Origin: Vitrella brassicaformis CCMP3155
Taxonomy: Eukaryota; Protista; Chromerida
Length of the DNA: 64,000 nucleotides
Reading direction: 5' to 3'
Assembly: GCA_001179505.1 (NCBI GenBank)
Contig: CDMY01000436.1
Span: 248,001-312,000 of the forward strand
Part shown: positions 12,048 to 25,718 of the stretch, piece by piece
How positions within the stretch are numbered: position 1 is the stretch's first letter
Layout: the number at the start of each line of letters is the position of its first letter
Notes under the pieces: model-generated
Told to the model about the DNA's origin: nothing
Database searches by the model: none
Seen by the model: only the letters and a program-made list of their open reading frames with translations
Program-made: the position numbers and the translations under genes

Positions 12048-12878
12048 ATGGGTTACGTCAAGACGGCCGTGATGATCCAGCGGGGCATGAAGCGCTCCTA
12101 CTGGCGCAAACTCAACCGCTTCCCGCACCACAGATGGGACATGCTCAAGTGAGCAGAGGGAAGGGATGGAGCAGCAGACTCGTGCAGTGAGTGAGAGCCC
12201 CCCCTGCTCATTGCTGCTGTGTGTTCCCCTCCCCTCCCTGTCAGAAATCTTCTTGAGGCGCTGATACGCTACCAGCGCATCGAGACGACCCTCTCCAAGG
12301 CCAAGGAGCTGCAGCAATACGCCGAGGAGATCGTGTTCCTCGCTAAGAAAGGTCGGTTGGGTGGCACTGCACTGCACACGGGCGCTCGACTTACACGCAC
12401 AGTGCAGTGAGTGAGTGCCTATCTGCCATCCATCCGTCGGTCTCACTCAGACACGCCCGAGTCGGATCTGAAGGTGGAGAGTATGCTGCGGACCCCGGCG
12501 GCGCGGCGGATCTTGTATGAGGTGCTGCTGCCGCGGTACGCCGAGCGGCAGTTTTTCTTCACTCGCATTGTCAACCAGTTCCGCTTTCGGTACCGCGACT
12601 CGACGCCCATGGCCTTCATCGAATACGTCGATCGGTGGGTGACCAGAGCACACTGACGATGATACCTGGTGTGTTGTGAATGGGTGTGAGTGATATCTAT
12701 CGGTTTAGGCCTGGCGAGCTCCGGCCGGCTGATCCTGTGGGTTGGGATCGGAAGAGGTTCGTGTGGGACAAAATGACCAACGGCACACGCAGGGACAGGA
12801 GGAAATACGAAGCGGTACGCGGGGGGGGTGAATGATATGAGAGCACTCGTGTGTGTGTGTGTGTCGGTGGGCATGTCA

Positions 12879-12930
<52 letters not shown>

Positions 12931-13437
12931 GAGGCTCGTCGGAAGGGTTTGTATGACATCTACGACAATTTCTGCCCCGACATCAACCTCATACCACGAG
13001 ACGATGCATACGAGGCAAGGCAAACACTCCACCCACCACACACACCACACACCGCACACAACCAGAAACACGCTCCCCTGTGCGTAGCGTTTCTCTGTCT
13101 GTGTGCTCTATGTGTGCACCGCACCGCACTGCAGTGGCACAGCGACGAGGATGCCCACTACGATGAGCCACCAGAAGAAGCGGAGGCCGCTGCCCCACCC
13201 CCATCAGATCCACCGGAAGGGGAGGCCGAGGTCGAGGGAGCGGACGTGGCGCCAGGCCATGACAAGGAGGGCAAGCAGATCGTGGTGTCCAAGGGGCCCA
13301 GACTGGGGCCTGGGAAGGGCAAGGTGGAGCTGCCTGGGCCGCACCGTGCGCTGCAGCCGTTCTTTGTGGACATCCCCCCGCCGTCCCACCGAGAGATGCA
13401 GGAGAACGTCAACAGGCTGCCTCACAGACCTGTGTGA
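12048..13437 (+). CDS. MRPL17: Mitochondrial ribosomal protein bL17m
   Basis: RKLNRFPHHRWDMLK/NLLEALIRYQRIETTLSKAKELQQYAEEIVFLAKK..PRYAERQFFFTRIV..RYRDSTPMAFIEYVDR matches L17, followed by an acidic C-terminal extension. Confidence 0.88.
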
Positions 13438-13952
13438 GTGGAGGGAGGGTGGGAGTGGAGTGTCTGTTTGGCGGTTGGTTGGGGTGATGTGATGCGGTGC
13501 GGTTCGTGCGGTGCGGTGTGTGTACAATAAATACATGGCTGGCGCATGGGAGGGGACTCATTCATGTGTGTGCATTCCATTCATGAAGGACAGACACTTG
13601 TCGGTCGCTTGCTGGTCTGAATCCACACAGAGGTAAACCACGCGCATCTGTAGAGCTATATGTATATGCTGCACAGCACAGCACACGAAACGGACCGCAC
13701 TCACTGCACTGCCACTGTTCCATCCATCCATCCGTCAGTCAGACGACATATATACATTACATTTATGCACCCACCAGGATGACAGACTGACTGCTACAGG
13801 GGTGGCCTCGTCACCATGGGCGGTCGGCCCACGGGGCGGCGCCCTCGGACACCTCATCGGCACTGACAATCAGACAGACAGACAGACAGACAAACATGTG
13901 TCTCACCCATCCATCCATTCATCCATCCTACACAGCAACACATGGATAATGT

Positions 13953-16662
13953 TCAGTATACGTACGAACCATGGGCTGCACCAATGCCTCCGGCTGGCGC
14001 ATCTACTGAAGGGGCCCGTGGGAGCGGCGGTGCGCGGTTTGGCGCTGCCGGCCTCCCTCTTCCACCACCTTGCATGAGGGGAGGGGGCGGGCGCGGTGGT
14101 GGTCGTGGTGCGAGCGGCCGGGGCTGCGGGTGTGGGTGTGTGGGGTGTGGGTGTGGGCGGGGCTGCATCATGTTGAGTGGTTTGGTGAAGGCCTTGTAGC
14201 CTGCTGATGTGCCGGAGCACGAGATGTTGGTGCCCTCATTGCTGCCGGCCTACACCCATAGTGAATACACGCGCAGTGATGGGACGGTGGATGGGATGGG
14301 CAATGAAAAGGAAGGAGACAAGTGAACTGTGTGCTTGCCTGCTGTATCTGCCCATCTGCCCATTCGAAGAAACCTGCAGAGAGTAACATGTGTGTTAGTC
14401 ATTTCCTTGATGGCTTCCTTCCCTTGCTCTGGTCGTATATGGTGTCTCGCGTCGCGCACCACATGAGTACGTGCCCTTGATACTGCAAGCGAAGAAGTAT
14501 CGGCCGTTGTTGGGGCCCTGCTTGACCACCTGGCGCAGCACCGCGGGCTTGTTGTGCCCACACCGCGGGAAATTCTCATCCGCCCTGTTTTGTTTGTGTG
14601 GACAAAATGAATGCAACCAAATATCCACAGGTGCGGTGCGTGTGGATCCACCCTCTGTGCGCTCCTTCAATTCTGCCTGCCTGCGTGGTGGGTGTACCAT
14701 TTGAAGAATTTGCAGGCGGCCTTCTGCGGCTTGGGGCAGGTGTAGTACATCCTGCCCTTGTTGGCCCCCTCTCTATACACAGTCCGCAGCGCACACAGCA
14801 CTCCACACCCGCACCGCACACCTTCACCACGGGGGGACAGCACCGCAATGCCACTGCCGCCCCCACCACCACCAGCACCACCACCATCACCACCACCACC
14901 AGCAGCTGCTGCTGCAGGCGGACGGGAGGGAAGCCGTGGGTGCATTGGCTGTTTCTGCTGCTGCTGCTGCTGTTGTTGTTGTTGCTGCGGGTGGACTTGA
15001 TGGTCAAATCGTTGATGCTGCTGATCTGAGTCAAGCATAATGGCGTCCTGTGCGCTCTCGCCCTCTTGGCGGCCGCCTGCAGGGGGACGGTGTGCCGCCA
15101 AGGGGGCAGATGGGGCACCAGCAGGGACAGGGGCGGCAGGTTGGGGAGGGCCCGCCCTCGGCTGACACGTGGGGCAGAGGTATGTGAGCCGGTTATAGTG
15201 GCCTTCTCGGATCACCTCCACTCGTGTGCCGCACGCCACACACGTCAGCTTGTTGTAGACCTGCGGATGGATGGATGGATGGATGGAGACACGGGGGATA
15301 GGATGTGTGTGTGTGGCTGGCGGTGGTTGTGTTGGTTGATAAGCTTAGCTTACCTTCATGAATGTGGCGAGGGGGATTTTGCCCTCCCTCTTGTACATGA
15401 TGCTGGCGAAGTCTCTCAGACACCTCACCAGCCGCATGGCGACGTCGGGCGACAGATCTACGCCGCGCAGCTCGGGATGCACCCCACTGGCAGACAGACA
15501 GACAACAACACAGACACACAGAGTGGACAGACCGACGCACAGCTCGCTCTGTGGTTCCCTCCATGATGTGTGTTGTGTGTAAAAAGGTAGGCGGCTGACG
15601 CGTTGTGCAGGCCTTCGACTTTGATCATATTTCCGACTCCTGGGAGCGGAGCACAGTAAGTACAAACCAACGAGAGACAGAGGAACCACAAAGGAATACC
15701 TCATCCATCCCACCGCACAGACGATCAAACAATAGATACCTGGCAGGATGTTCTGGTCCATGGCGATGTCGCATACCCTCCTTGCATCCCCGCGTATCAG
15801 GCCCACGGCCCTCTGGAAGTCAAAGTACGCCGCCAGGATGTCCAGCGACCGACGCTCCTCCACCTTCAACGCATACCGCACCGTCCGCACCTCTACCGTG
15901 CCCTCAAACACCCTCACAATGTCCCTCTCACACACTATCTCGATCGTCAGGCTCCTGTCTTTCCCCCCAGCCGCACCCCCATCTCCGCCTTTGGCCCTCT
16001 TTATGGCCTTCTCGCCAGCTGCTCCCGCGCCGTTTTCTGCAGGGCGCTTCATCGGCTGCTTCGCTTCGGGTCGGCTGCTGTGGTTGGCGAGAGAGGGTGT
16101 AAAGGGGTTGCGGCCGGGAGGGAGGGCACTGGCGCTGCTGGCCGGTTGGCCGTCGTTGCCGGCACTGTCTTGCCTGACGAGGAATCTCTCGATGCCGGAG
16201 GATGGATGAGGGTGTTGTTGGGGGAGCGAAGGGGCGGGCTCTGCTGCAGCAGCGGCTTCGGCACTATCGGTCTTGCTTAGTCGAATATGGCCCTGCATGC
16301 CTGGGCAGGAAGGGAAGGAAGGAACAGAGAAAGAAAGTGTGACCGCTGTGACGTTCACTGGGTGTTGAAAGTTACATACCGAAGTGGAGCCGCAGACAGT
16401 GGTCGGCATCCTCTGCGATGATGAACAGCTCCTTTCCTACCTGCATTGCAACACATACAATACACAACATTCTCCATCCATCCATCCACAAGGCTCTCTC
16501 TTCCACGGCTCATGCACTCGTACATACCGTGAAGACCCGCTTCACGCGTTGGTTGCAGAGGGCCTGCGCTGCGTCAGGTCCGAGTGCGACGCGAATGATG
16601 CGCTGGCCCGCCAAACACCTCAATCGCTCTCCATTCCTCTTGCACCCTGGACCTTCTACCAT
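13953..16662 (-). CDS. NEIL3: NEIL3-like Fpg/Nei DNA glycosylase with FPG zinc finger and two GRF zinc fingers
   Basis: N-terminus MVEGPGCKRNGE, then VGKELFII..LRLHFGM, H2TH motif MDQNILPGVGNMIKVEGL, FPG-type finger C.CGTRVEVIREGHYNRLTYLCPTCQ, GRF1 CGCGVLCALRTVYREGANKGRMYYTCPKPQKAACKFFKW and GRF2 CGHNKPAVLRQVVKQGPNNGRYFFACS..GFFEW. Confidence 0.88.
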
Positions 16663-16883
16663 AACAGCGGCTCCAGATCTTGATGTAAAGATTGGCTCGA
16701 GCGGCCCAGATGGAGACCCTGGCGGGTTGCATTTGTGATGCCGTAAGAGAAAATCGTCATAGGTATGCATGAATCGATGAACACACACCGCACTCCGGCG
16801 GCACACAAATATCCTCACGAACTGAGTGCGTCAGTGTGTCAGCCTGTCTGACTCGCTCACTCCACTCACACGCCCCAACCCCC

Positions 16884-19800
16884 CTAGGCCTGTGTGTCCT
16901 CTTGGTGCTGGATGCACTGCTGCGCCAGGAAGCTCACCGCACGATAAATGTGCATGTAGGCCGTCCGCATCTCTGAGTCGTGTTCGTGCTCTCCCTCTCT
17001 CTCTCTCGGCGGTCTCTGTGGGGGAGGTATGGCGTCGAGGGCGGCCTCGAAGATGTCGAGCAGCTGGATGAGCTGCTCCAGGGTGCGGTTGGCCTGCTGC
17101 GCCGACACCACGTCGTAGTACTCGTCTACAATCGACCTGCATGTGCACAGGGGTGCATACAAAGGGAAAAGTGGCTCATGGCGTGGCGTGTGTGTGTGTG
17201 TGTGAGGTGCATCCCGACGGGCTGGGCTTACTTGAGGGGTATGTTCATCCTCTTGAGGTCGTCGGCAGCCCTGTAAAACGCCGCGTCACACGGCATCGGC
17301 AGACCCTCCCCGTCGCCACCAACATCGCCACTACCCCTCTCTCTCTCTCTTCTTCCCCCCTCCCGCCGGCCCCTCCTCCTGCTGCTGCTGGTGCTGGTGC
17401 TGTTGGTGCAAGGCTCCACCCGCTGCAGCAGCTGGGTGGCACACTGCAGGTGTGGGGCACCATCAGATGCCCTCACCATGGCAAGCGCCATGGGGCCGCG
17501 CCTGTCGGGCTGCCTCTCACGCTCGGCCCCCACAGTGCCCGCAGTGTTGACGAAGTGCTGCCGCACCTGCTCAAGCCACCGACATACCGCAAACAGCGAC
17601 AGAGAGTTCCCAAAGCCCCGCATCCACGGCTCGCTCCCCGCCCAGCCCTCATGGGGCTGCTCCGCAATCACCCGCGACCACGCCTGCCCGTGACACGCGT
17701 CGATGAAGTGCGGCAGCGACATGATGACCTCCTTGGCATACGAGGCCAGGCACGTGAACATCACGCCCTTGACGAGGGCCTCCTCGCCGGCAGCCAGGGG
17801 TCTAGGTGCGAGGGGGGGCGGGGAGGGCTCCGGTGAGCCGAAAAGAGAGGGGGTGGGGGAGGGAGGGCGTGCACTCAGGCGGCTCAGGAACTCTTCCCGA
17901 TGCTGCTGCGGGCCCTGAAAGGCAAACAAACAAACGTGACCATATATCAATCACATCTTCCGCTTCTATGTTTGCCCCCGACCAACACACCATTGCTGGG
18001 TCCCTCTCGCATTCCGCGAGTGTGCTGTTCAGTCTGTGCCTCAGATACTCCAGCCGCTGCCAATCGCCGACGTCAAAAGGCAGGGTCGCCCCAACACACC
18101 CGTCCTCACCCCCTGCACCATCCGCCGGGCCATCGACATGGTCGTTTGTGTGAGGTGGGGCTGCAGGGGAGGTCGGCTTCCTCTTGGCTTCATCGGCAGC
18201 AGCAGCTCCTGCTGCTGATGATGATCCTGATGGTTGCGGGGCTGTGGGGAAGTCTGAGAGGCCGACTGCCTTCTTGGCTTTTGCGAGGATGGCAGCGAAA
18301 GCCGCGTCTTCGCCCTGATGGATGGATGGATGGACCACACACACAGATCCACCCCACAACAGAAGAAGAATGAAAGCGCGGCGCTCGTTTTCGCCATTCT
18401 CTGACTCGTACCTGGAGCGATGCCGGAGGAGTGAGATCACCATCTCCATCCCCTCTCCCAGTAGCCCTTCTCGCGCCGCCCCTGAGATCCCTCCCCGCCT
18501 GACCCTGATGCGCTCGCCCACTCAGCCGCGCCCCTCTCTCGCCCTTCCTCCTTACATGACTGTGAACACTGCTTTGTGGTGCAGCCGATGGCGCAGCAGC
18601 AGGGGATAATGGGTTATCTGGATAATGCGATTGCGATTGCGATTGGGATGGCCTGCTGCTCGCCGATGGCGCTGGTGGTCTCCTGGTTGTTGCTGGGGCG
18701 GGTGTGATGGATGCGAATGCTCTCTGGACGGTGGCGAGAACGGACCCCAGGCGGACCTCCACGCCGGCGGCTGAGGCGCCCTGCTCGACGAGTGAGGTGT
18801 AGAGTGCCTCCAGGGATTGTGTCAGCGACTCAAACAGATTCAACGATGCATCCGCCATATGGCCCTCCCTTGCAAGGGTAAATGCATATAAATCCAAGGC
18901 CCTAAAAAGGGAGGGGGAATGGATGTCATCAGTCGCTCATGCCCCGATATAGCGGGCTATCGATGGGCGACAGCATGTCAGGCGGATGCACCCTGAAGCC
19001 GTACTCACTCCCGCTGCTCCCCCTCCCATGGTGGCCATGCCTGTCGTCATCGCCCAACGAGTCAAGCAAGGGCGGGTGCCGCATCGACGGCATATCGCCC
19101 GGCACGCTCGGCACCTGCCGCAGCGCACCTAGTGGCAGCCTCGCCGCCAGAGAGGTCAGGCTTTGTGAGGGGTGGATGTGCATTTCTGCAGGGTGGCTGC
19201 TGAAGGAGGCAGCGGCAGCCGCGGCAGCCGCGGCAGCGGGAGGGTGGTAGAAGGGGAGGGGCTGGTCGGCTGTGTCGGGCTGATTTGGCGCTTCTGACGG
19301 GCTGGAGGAGGGGGGCGGGTCGGGGGGGTAGGTGGTGGAGGAGGGCGCGGGGGGAGTCCCTGCATAAATAAAGATACACACGCACACACACACATACACA
19401 TGGGTGTCTGCAAGTGTGTCTGTGATGTGAGAGGATTGAGGGTTGCTCACCGGCCATGAGTGGAGGGGGAGGGTTGGGGGGCTGGTGGAAGGTGAGGAAT
19501 GACGAGTACGAGTCCACACGGAGGGGCTGATCGATCTTCTCAAAACTCCAACCACCCTGACTCACCGATAGCACCGATACCCACCAGACAGACCAAACAC
19601 ACGGAGAACAGGACATGAGGACACGTACCATTGAATGCATTGCCTTGGTGCGTGGCAGGCCTGTTGTGCATTTCTTGTCTCACTGACGGGATGTACGGTG
19701 GGTGTTACCTGTCCGTCAAACTTGAGGAGGTAGTCGTGGTACTTGAGTAGATTCAGCCGGTGGGAAATGGAGATGAACGTGATCCCTGAGCCAGCAAGAT

Positions 19801-20407
19801 GGTGTGAGCGAATGGATTCCATCCATCAGCCAGCGGACTGTATGTAACTAACGTACCCCTCTGTTTGCACTGTGAGTAGAGGTGGCCTTCGACGTCCACC
19901 GACACGGCACTCGTGCACTCATCTGACCAACACATGTCACACCACACACATCCATGCCATGATGACGATGACAGCCCCCACCGAATATGGCCTGTGAGCG
20001 ACACTGACTGACTGATGTGATATATGTGTCTGCAGGCACTACCCACCCCACCCCACCGAGAATGGCGAATTCCGGCTGGTGGTAGCAGAGCCTCGCCATG
20101 GCCAGCCGCTGCTTCTCACCGCCAGACAGACGCTCATCCCAGTCATTCCTGTGCAATCAGTCAATCAGCGGCATATCGTATGCTTTGCATGACAGCTTAG
20201 CTTGCATGTGTGTTATGTGGTCCGTCAGTCAGTGCACCAGTGCAGTGCACTCACCATGTGTCCCATCCGTATGGGCACCTGTTGAGGAGGTACTTGAGCC
20301 GCACCATGCCGAACAGTTCTTCCAGCTCCCAGTCGGTGCACCCCTTCTGATAGCACTCCTCCTCTGTGTCGGGATAGATGATCTGGTCACGCAACGAACC
20401 TGACACA

Positions 20408-20447
<40 letters not shown>

Positions 20448-22978
20448 AAGTGCCCTGTGGCTGTGTGTGCTGCTTTCGCCCAGACAGCACACCCTACCGT
20501 ACCTTCTGGGAAGTACGGCCTCTGCGGAATGTAGAAGATCTCATGTGGTGGTGGCTTGTGCAGCTCCCCGCCCAGCAGCGGCCACAGCTCACCCAGTATC
20601 CGGAACAAACTGCCTGCACGCCAACCACACACACACATTCATTCACTCAGGGATGCCGCGAGAGCCTCCCTCCCTGCCCGCCTCTCTGTGTGTGCGCCCT
20701 CAGCCGACTGACTGACTTTTGCCGCATCCGTTGGGCCCAATAATGAAGACGTTCATGCCTCTGCGCACCGAGAAGGAGATGTTGTTGATGAGCAGGTCGC
20801 CCGCCGGCGTGACGATGGGCACGTCCACAAAGCGGATCTCATCGGAGGGCACTATGCGGCCGCGAAGAGGGGCGTGAGAGGGGGAGGGGGGTGGGCGAGC
20901 CTCGCTCTCGGGGTACTGGATCGACGGCTGCATGGATGAATGGATGGATGGATGGATATGACAGCATATCCATCCATCTTGACTTACCTGTGTGTCTGTG
21001 GTGGATGTGGTTGTCTTTGGGACGAATGCCGAGTAGTGGCCTTGCTCGAGGTCGGCAAGCACATCCTGCAGCTCGCTTATCAACGCCGTATACCCTACAC
21101 ACATACAAAGCGAGGGAGGCACACTGGGCCATGTCAGAGGTCCCCCCCCCCTTCTCCCCTCTCTCCCTCACTGTCTTACTGACTGACCTGCCAGCAGCTG
21201 TAGGTCCTTGTACGCGACCACGAGCTTGCCAATCGCCTTAGCCAGGTTGATCAGCAAAGATGAGTTGCGCACGTAGTCCTGACGCACCCACGGACATGTA
21301 GGCACACAGTGTGTAGTATCCCCTCCCTCTTTGTCTCTCTCTCTGTGTGGCATGGCATGCACTCGCCTGCGTGATCTGTGTGGGGTCGCTTTGGACTGAG
21401 TCGAGGTAGGCCTGTCGGTTGGGGCCGAAGACAGGCAGCCCGACGACCGTGTAGCCCACCAGCACAGCGCCGTACTTGACCAGCAATGAGTCGAAGCAAC
21501 CCATGTAGAGACGCCTGCAAACAAAACCACAATACATACACCGTGTGTATTGTATTCTGTCCATCATTCTACATGTCATTGTCACTCAGTCAGCTGACTG
21601 ATATGTACACCACCCACCTGACTTGCAGATGCTGCAGGTGCGCCACCACCCGCTCAAAAGCCGACTTGACGCGGTGCTGCTCAAACACATTCCCCCTACA
21701 CATACACACATGCACAGAGAGAGCTCAAGTCCTCCCTCCAGCATGCCATCCCATGTCGGTAAGCTCTTCTCTTCCCTGCCTCACCCACCTGTAGAAGGCG
21801 ATCTGTTCAGCATTGTTGACAATGTCAGCGTGGACGGCCCTGTACTCGCCCTCCAGCCGCTGCTCCTGCGCCGTGTACTTGCCGAACGGAGGCGACACCG
21901 CACGAATCGCCAAACCTGCACACAGACAGGCCATAGCAACATGGCATGGAGTGTGTGTATGTGTGTGCATGCGGCGTACCTGAGAGGACGTACCAGCCCA
22001 TGGCTGCGATCGGTCCCTGAATGCCGACCAGCTCCGACAGCTTCCGTGTGAACAGCACAATGTCCAGCAGCGGCTTCAAAACATTGCTCACGAGCGAGCT
22101 GAGCGCCAGGCTCCACCGCTCAATGTCCCCCGTCAGCCGCTGCTCGGCGTTGGGCAGGCGAACGTCCAGGTGGCTCAGCCGATAGAAGACCATCTTGTCC
22201 AGGTAGCGGCTGCAGAAGTGCTCCGACATGCGCTCGCGGAAGCAGAGAGCCACGTCCTTGCCGAGGTAGTCGATGTAGCTGTTGATGAACGAGGCCGGCA
22301 CGGCGTACGCCGCGAGGGTGCCGATTCGCCGAATGAACAGCCGCAGGTTGCGCTGCACGATGGCCTTGACGATCTTGCCGTTCAGAGCCGCTATCCATAT
22401 GCTCATGAAGGTCCGAGCCACCAGGAAGGCGCACAGCAGGACCAGCAGCCGCACCTCGCGACACGCGATGCCGGGGATGACGATCTTGACGAGGCCCAGC
22501 AGGCGGCGGACGAACAGGGCGTCCACTTTGCCACGACCATGGATGTCGAATGGCCCCGACGAGCCGCGGTTGTCCTCCTCCTCGGCCTCCTCCGGTCCCT
22601 GCTCGCGGCTGGAGCCTCGCCTTGGCCGTGACCGAATCCGAGGCTCCTCTGTACGCGCCTTCAGCTCTGAACACACACACACAGACAGACAGACAGACAG
22701 AGAGAGTCACGACGGGTGGTTTCGTTTTTGATTTCGTGTGTTTGCTGTCTGGATTGCATGCCATGTGTTGTGTCGGCTCACGCACCCTGTTGGTAGTGGT
22801 AGTACGCCCATGCCAGCACCGCCGCCGACACCCACCCGAGCTTCCTGCTGGGCGAACCGAACAATCTCGCCAGGAAGGCCGCAGCAAGGCGACTGTTTCG
22901 CCTCCTACTAGATGGCGAGATGCTTGCTCCCGGAGGCAGCAGCCCTCCCGCTGAGGCCTTGACAGGCCCAGACGTCAT
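16884..22978 (-). CDS. ABCD-family (PMP70/ALDP-like) half transporter; core ends near 19.5 kb, with an apparent spliced C-terminal extension to 16884
   Basis: TMD: [37 protein letters not shown]-like NNAEQIAFY. Walker [11 protein letters not shown], signature [14 protein letters not shown], Walker [12 protein letters not shown]-loop SISHR. The extension is less certain than the core (see findings). Confidence 0.85.
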
Positions 22979-23215
22979 CGAACCAACCTTGACTGCCTCT
23001 CTCTGAGAAGAAAAAGACGATGAACTGCGTGGTGACTCTCCACAGGTTGGCACAAGAGAGGCCTTTGCTTCGTTCACAATGAATTTCCAAGCTCGCAAGT
23101 GGATCGCGCTAGAAGAGGTTGGAAACTCATTTCCGGGTAAGAAGGAGTCTCGGAAGGAGGATGCCTTTGGATCCTAACCACCACCTTTGAGTTCGTCTCC
23201 GATGGCCATCAGTAC

Positions 23216-23275
23216 AGGTGAGCACTGACCGGTCGGAGAGGTGAGCACTGACCGGTCTCCGACCGGTCAGTGCTC
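23216..23275. repeat. Combined direct and inverted repeat in a divergent intergenic region
   Basis: gagcactgaccggtcggag (23220-23238) is the perfect reverse complement of ctccgaccggtcagtgctc (23257-23275). aggtgagcactgaccggtc also occurs twice in direct orientation (23216, 23239). Confidence 0.9.
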
Positions 23276-23305
23276 CGACTCCATATCATGATAAAGGCGG
23301 CCACG

Positions 23306-25071
23306 ATGATGTCTGGGCTGGAGCAGAAGCACTCGGAGGTCAGCAATCATGGAATTGATCCATCGGCAGCCTCACCGTTGTTTTTGGTTCGTTTCTCATG
23401 CAGATCAGCTGCCTGATGTACCGCTTGTCCGCACTGGACCCCTCAGATCTCTCATCACACGTATGCCCAAAGGCAGCATACAAACCCTGAACACACACTC
23501 TGCTGCTGTCCGTTTGTTTGTGTGACGGAATAGGACTGTTCCCTCCACATGATCGCTGCGCTGGATCAGTACGCCAAGCTGAGGGCCACGCTGAAGGCGC
23601 TTGTCAAGTCGGCCACCTTTCCTGCGCCACGCACTGACGCATCGGTCAGCAAAACCAACACACGATACTCGCGAGTGATTCGCCAATCGTGTGTCGCCAA
23701 CCGCGTGTCTGGTGTGCTGCTCTGCCTCGGTCAGGCCAAGTTGGAGGACCTCCCAGCTGACGCCATGGGCCGCCTGCAGACATCCACAGACCTGACGAGC
23801 GTCGGGCGCCTCAAGACGACTGCTCGACTGATCAAGAGCCACATCCGAGATGCCCTCCGCAGCCGGCTGACCGACGCCACCGACAAGGCGGGCCTGAGGG
23901 GCGTGGTGCGGTTTGCTCCTCAGCTGGGCGACGGCGGTGCGCTGAAGGCGCTGTGGCTGATGGAGGAGGGGGGCGACTGGGGGGAGGTGGGGGATGGGCT
24001 GCGGTTTGCGGGGCAGTCTGGCTACTGCCAGCTGCCCATCACCATCGATGCGAGAGACCTGCAGAAGCACGACACAAAGACGGTCAGCACCTCACACAAG
24101 AGGAGGAGAATCGGCTGCATCGTTCTGTATGTGTATATGTATGTGTGTGTTTTAGGCCTACGTGTCGATGCCCCGTGTGGCAGCCCAGTGGATGATTGTC
24201 GGGCGCCATGTCGTCTTTCGTCGCCGTGATGGTCAGCAGGACGGCACCTTCGAGCTGTTCCGCGACCCCACCACCAACGAGATTCGGGCAATCCGCGACG
24301 AGCCGGACTTCGCCGTCACTCTCAATCCTCCCCTCTCCACTGATCACGTGCACCCCCTGCAGCAGCACCCCTTCCAACAGCACCTGAAGCGCGACGACCC
24401 GCCCGTCCGGTCGGCCATCGGGTACACTCTCCACGGACAAGGCGGCTGGGTGGCAATCGGACTCGAGTACGCCGAGACGTCTGTGAGCACCTTTATTGTG
24501 GACGTCATCATGTATTATCACTCTTGTACGCACATCGATGTCCACCACATCCACGGCATACAGATGGAAATCGATTGGTGGGTACTGTGCTGTGGGGGAA
24601 CGAACGAGATGGAGAAGTGGGGTGTTCTCCGTCTGTGTGTGTGTGTTCGTAGTGGTGTTCGGGGTGGTTATCTGGACACGTTGCTGACGCGATCGCCCCA
24701 CACGCCGCTGGAGGGATGCTCAGCCGTCGTGACGACCGAGGAAGTGCCCGTTGGAAGTGCATATCAGACTCATCTGCTGACGGCATTCGACGACCCCTTT
24801 ATAGCATGGGTTCAATTCAGAGTCCGTCTTGATCACCATCAGACCGGTGAGCGGAGGGAGTGGGAACGGGGAAAGGAAACGGCGTCGCGCAAGCCGGCCC
24901 CCTTGTCTCTCTCTGTGTCCTGTGGCAGTGACTGCCGTTCTGGCGACGACAGAGCAGCCGGTGGGCAGCCCTTACGACGCCTTCCCCGTCAGGCACCCGC
25001 AGACCACAGCCAGGGCTCGGCGGTCCCTCGGCTTCATCGCGCCCGTCTTTCTCGATGGCCAGACGCCATAG
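23306..25071 (+). CDS. Hypothetical protein of a lineage-expanded family, multi-exon
   Basis: Long GC3-rich exons (23549-24085, 24162-24610, ~24660-24845, ~24930-25071) with GT-AG boundaries. Motifs such as SMPRVAAQWMIVGRHVVFR and GYLDTLLTRSPHTPLEGC resemble a repetitive chromerid family from memory. No known domain recognised. Confidence 0.65.
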
Positions 25072-25718
25072 ACGGCATGATAGATACCACACGGTCAGAG
25101 AAACATGATTGAGGAGACGTGACACATCATTCGTCTGGGTGCTTCCCTCTGTCTGCAGCGTTGGCGATGCGGCTGGCTGGCTGCAGAGCGCACCGGTGTT
25201 TGTGTGTGTAGCGGGGGGGGGATATGAATAGATGGATGGGGAGTGATACACATGTGTGTGTACAGACAGACAGACAGACGGGTTGGTTGGTTGACGTAAG
25301 TGTGCATATGTTACCCTCGTTGGCGCATCTGGGGACTGACTGCATGATCGATCCATCTGCTGTCACGATTGATGGAATGTGATGGTACCAGGACAGCTAC
25401 ATGTAGAAGTGCATCTACCGCACAGAAATACACATGCTCTCGCACGGGCAGACATTGCCCAACACAAACCACACCGGGCCGGCACTGTGTGATTCCCCTC
25501 GTCTTTGATTGGACCTCGAGACGACGGGACCCGTCCCTCACAATCGCATGTTTGTATTGATTGTCGGTCCATCCATCCAAGCAATAAACAGCACCAAACG
25601 GACTGTCTGTTTGTCTGTCTGTCTGTCTGTGCAGCCGTCCATCTAACTATCCATTGCTCTCTCACTCCCATAGGTCACTCCCATGGGTCAGTCACATCGG
25701 TCACATGGGTCGGTCACA

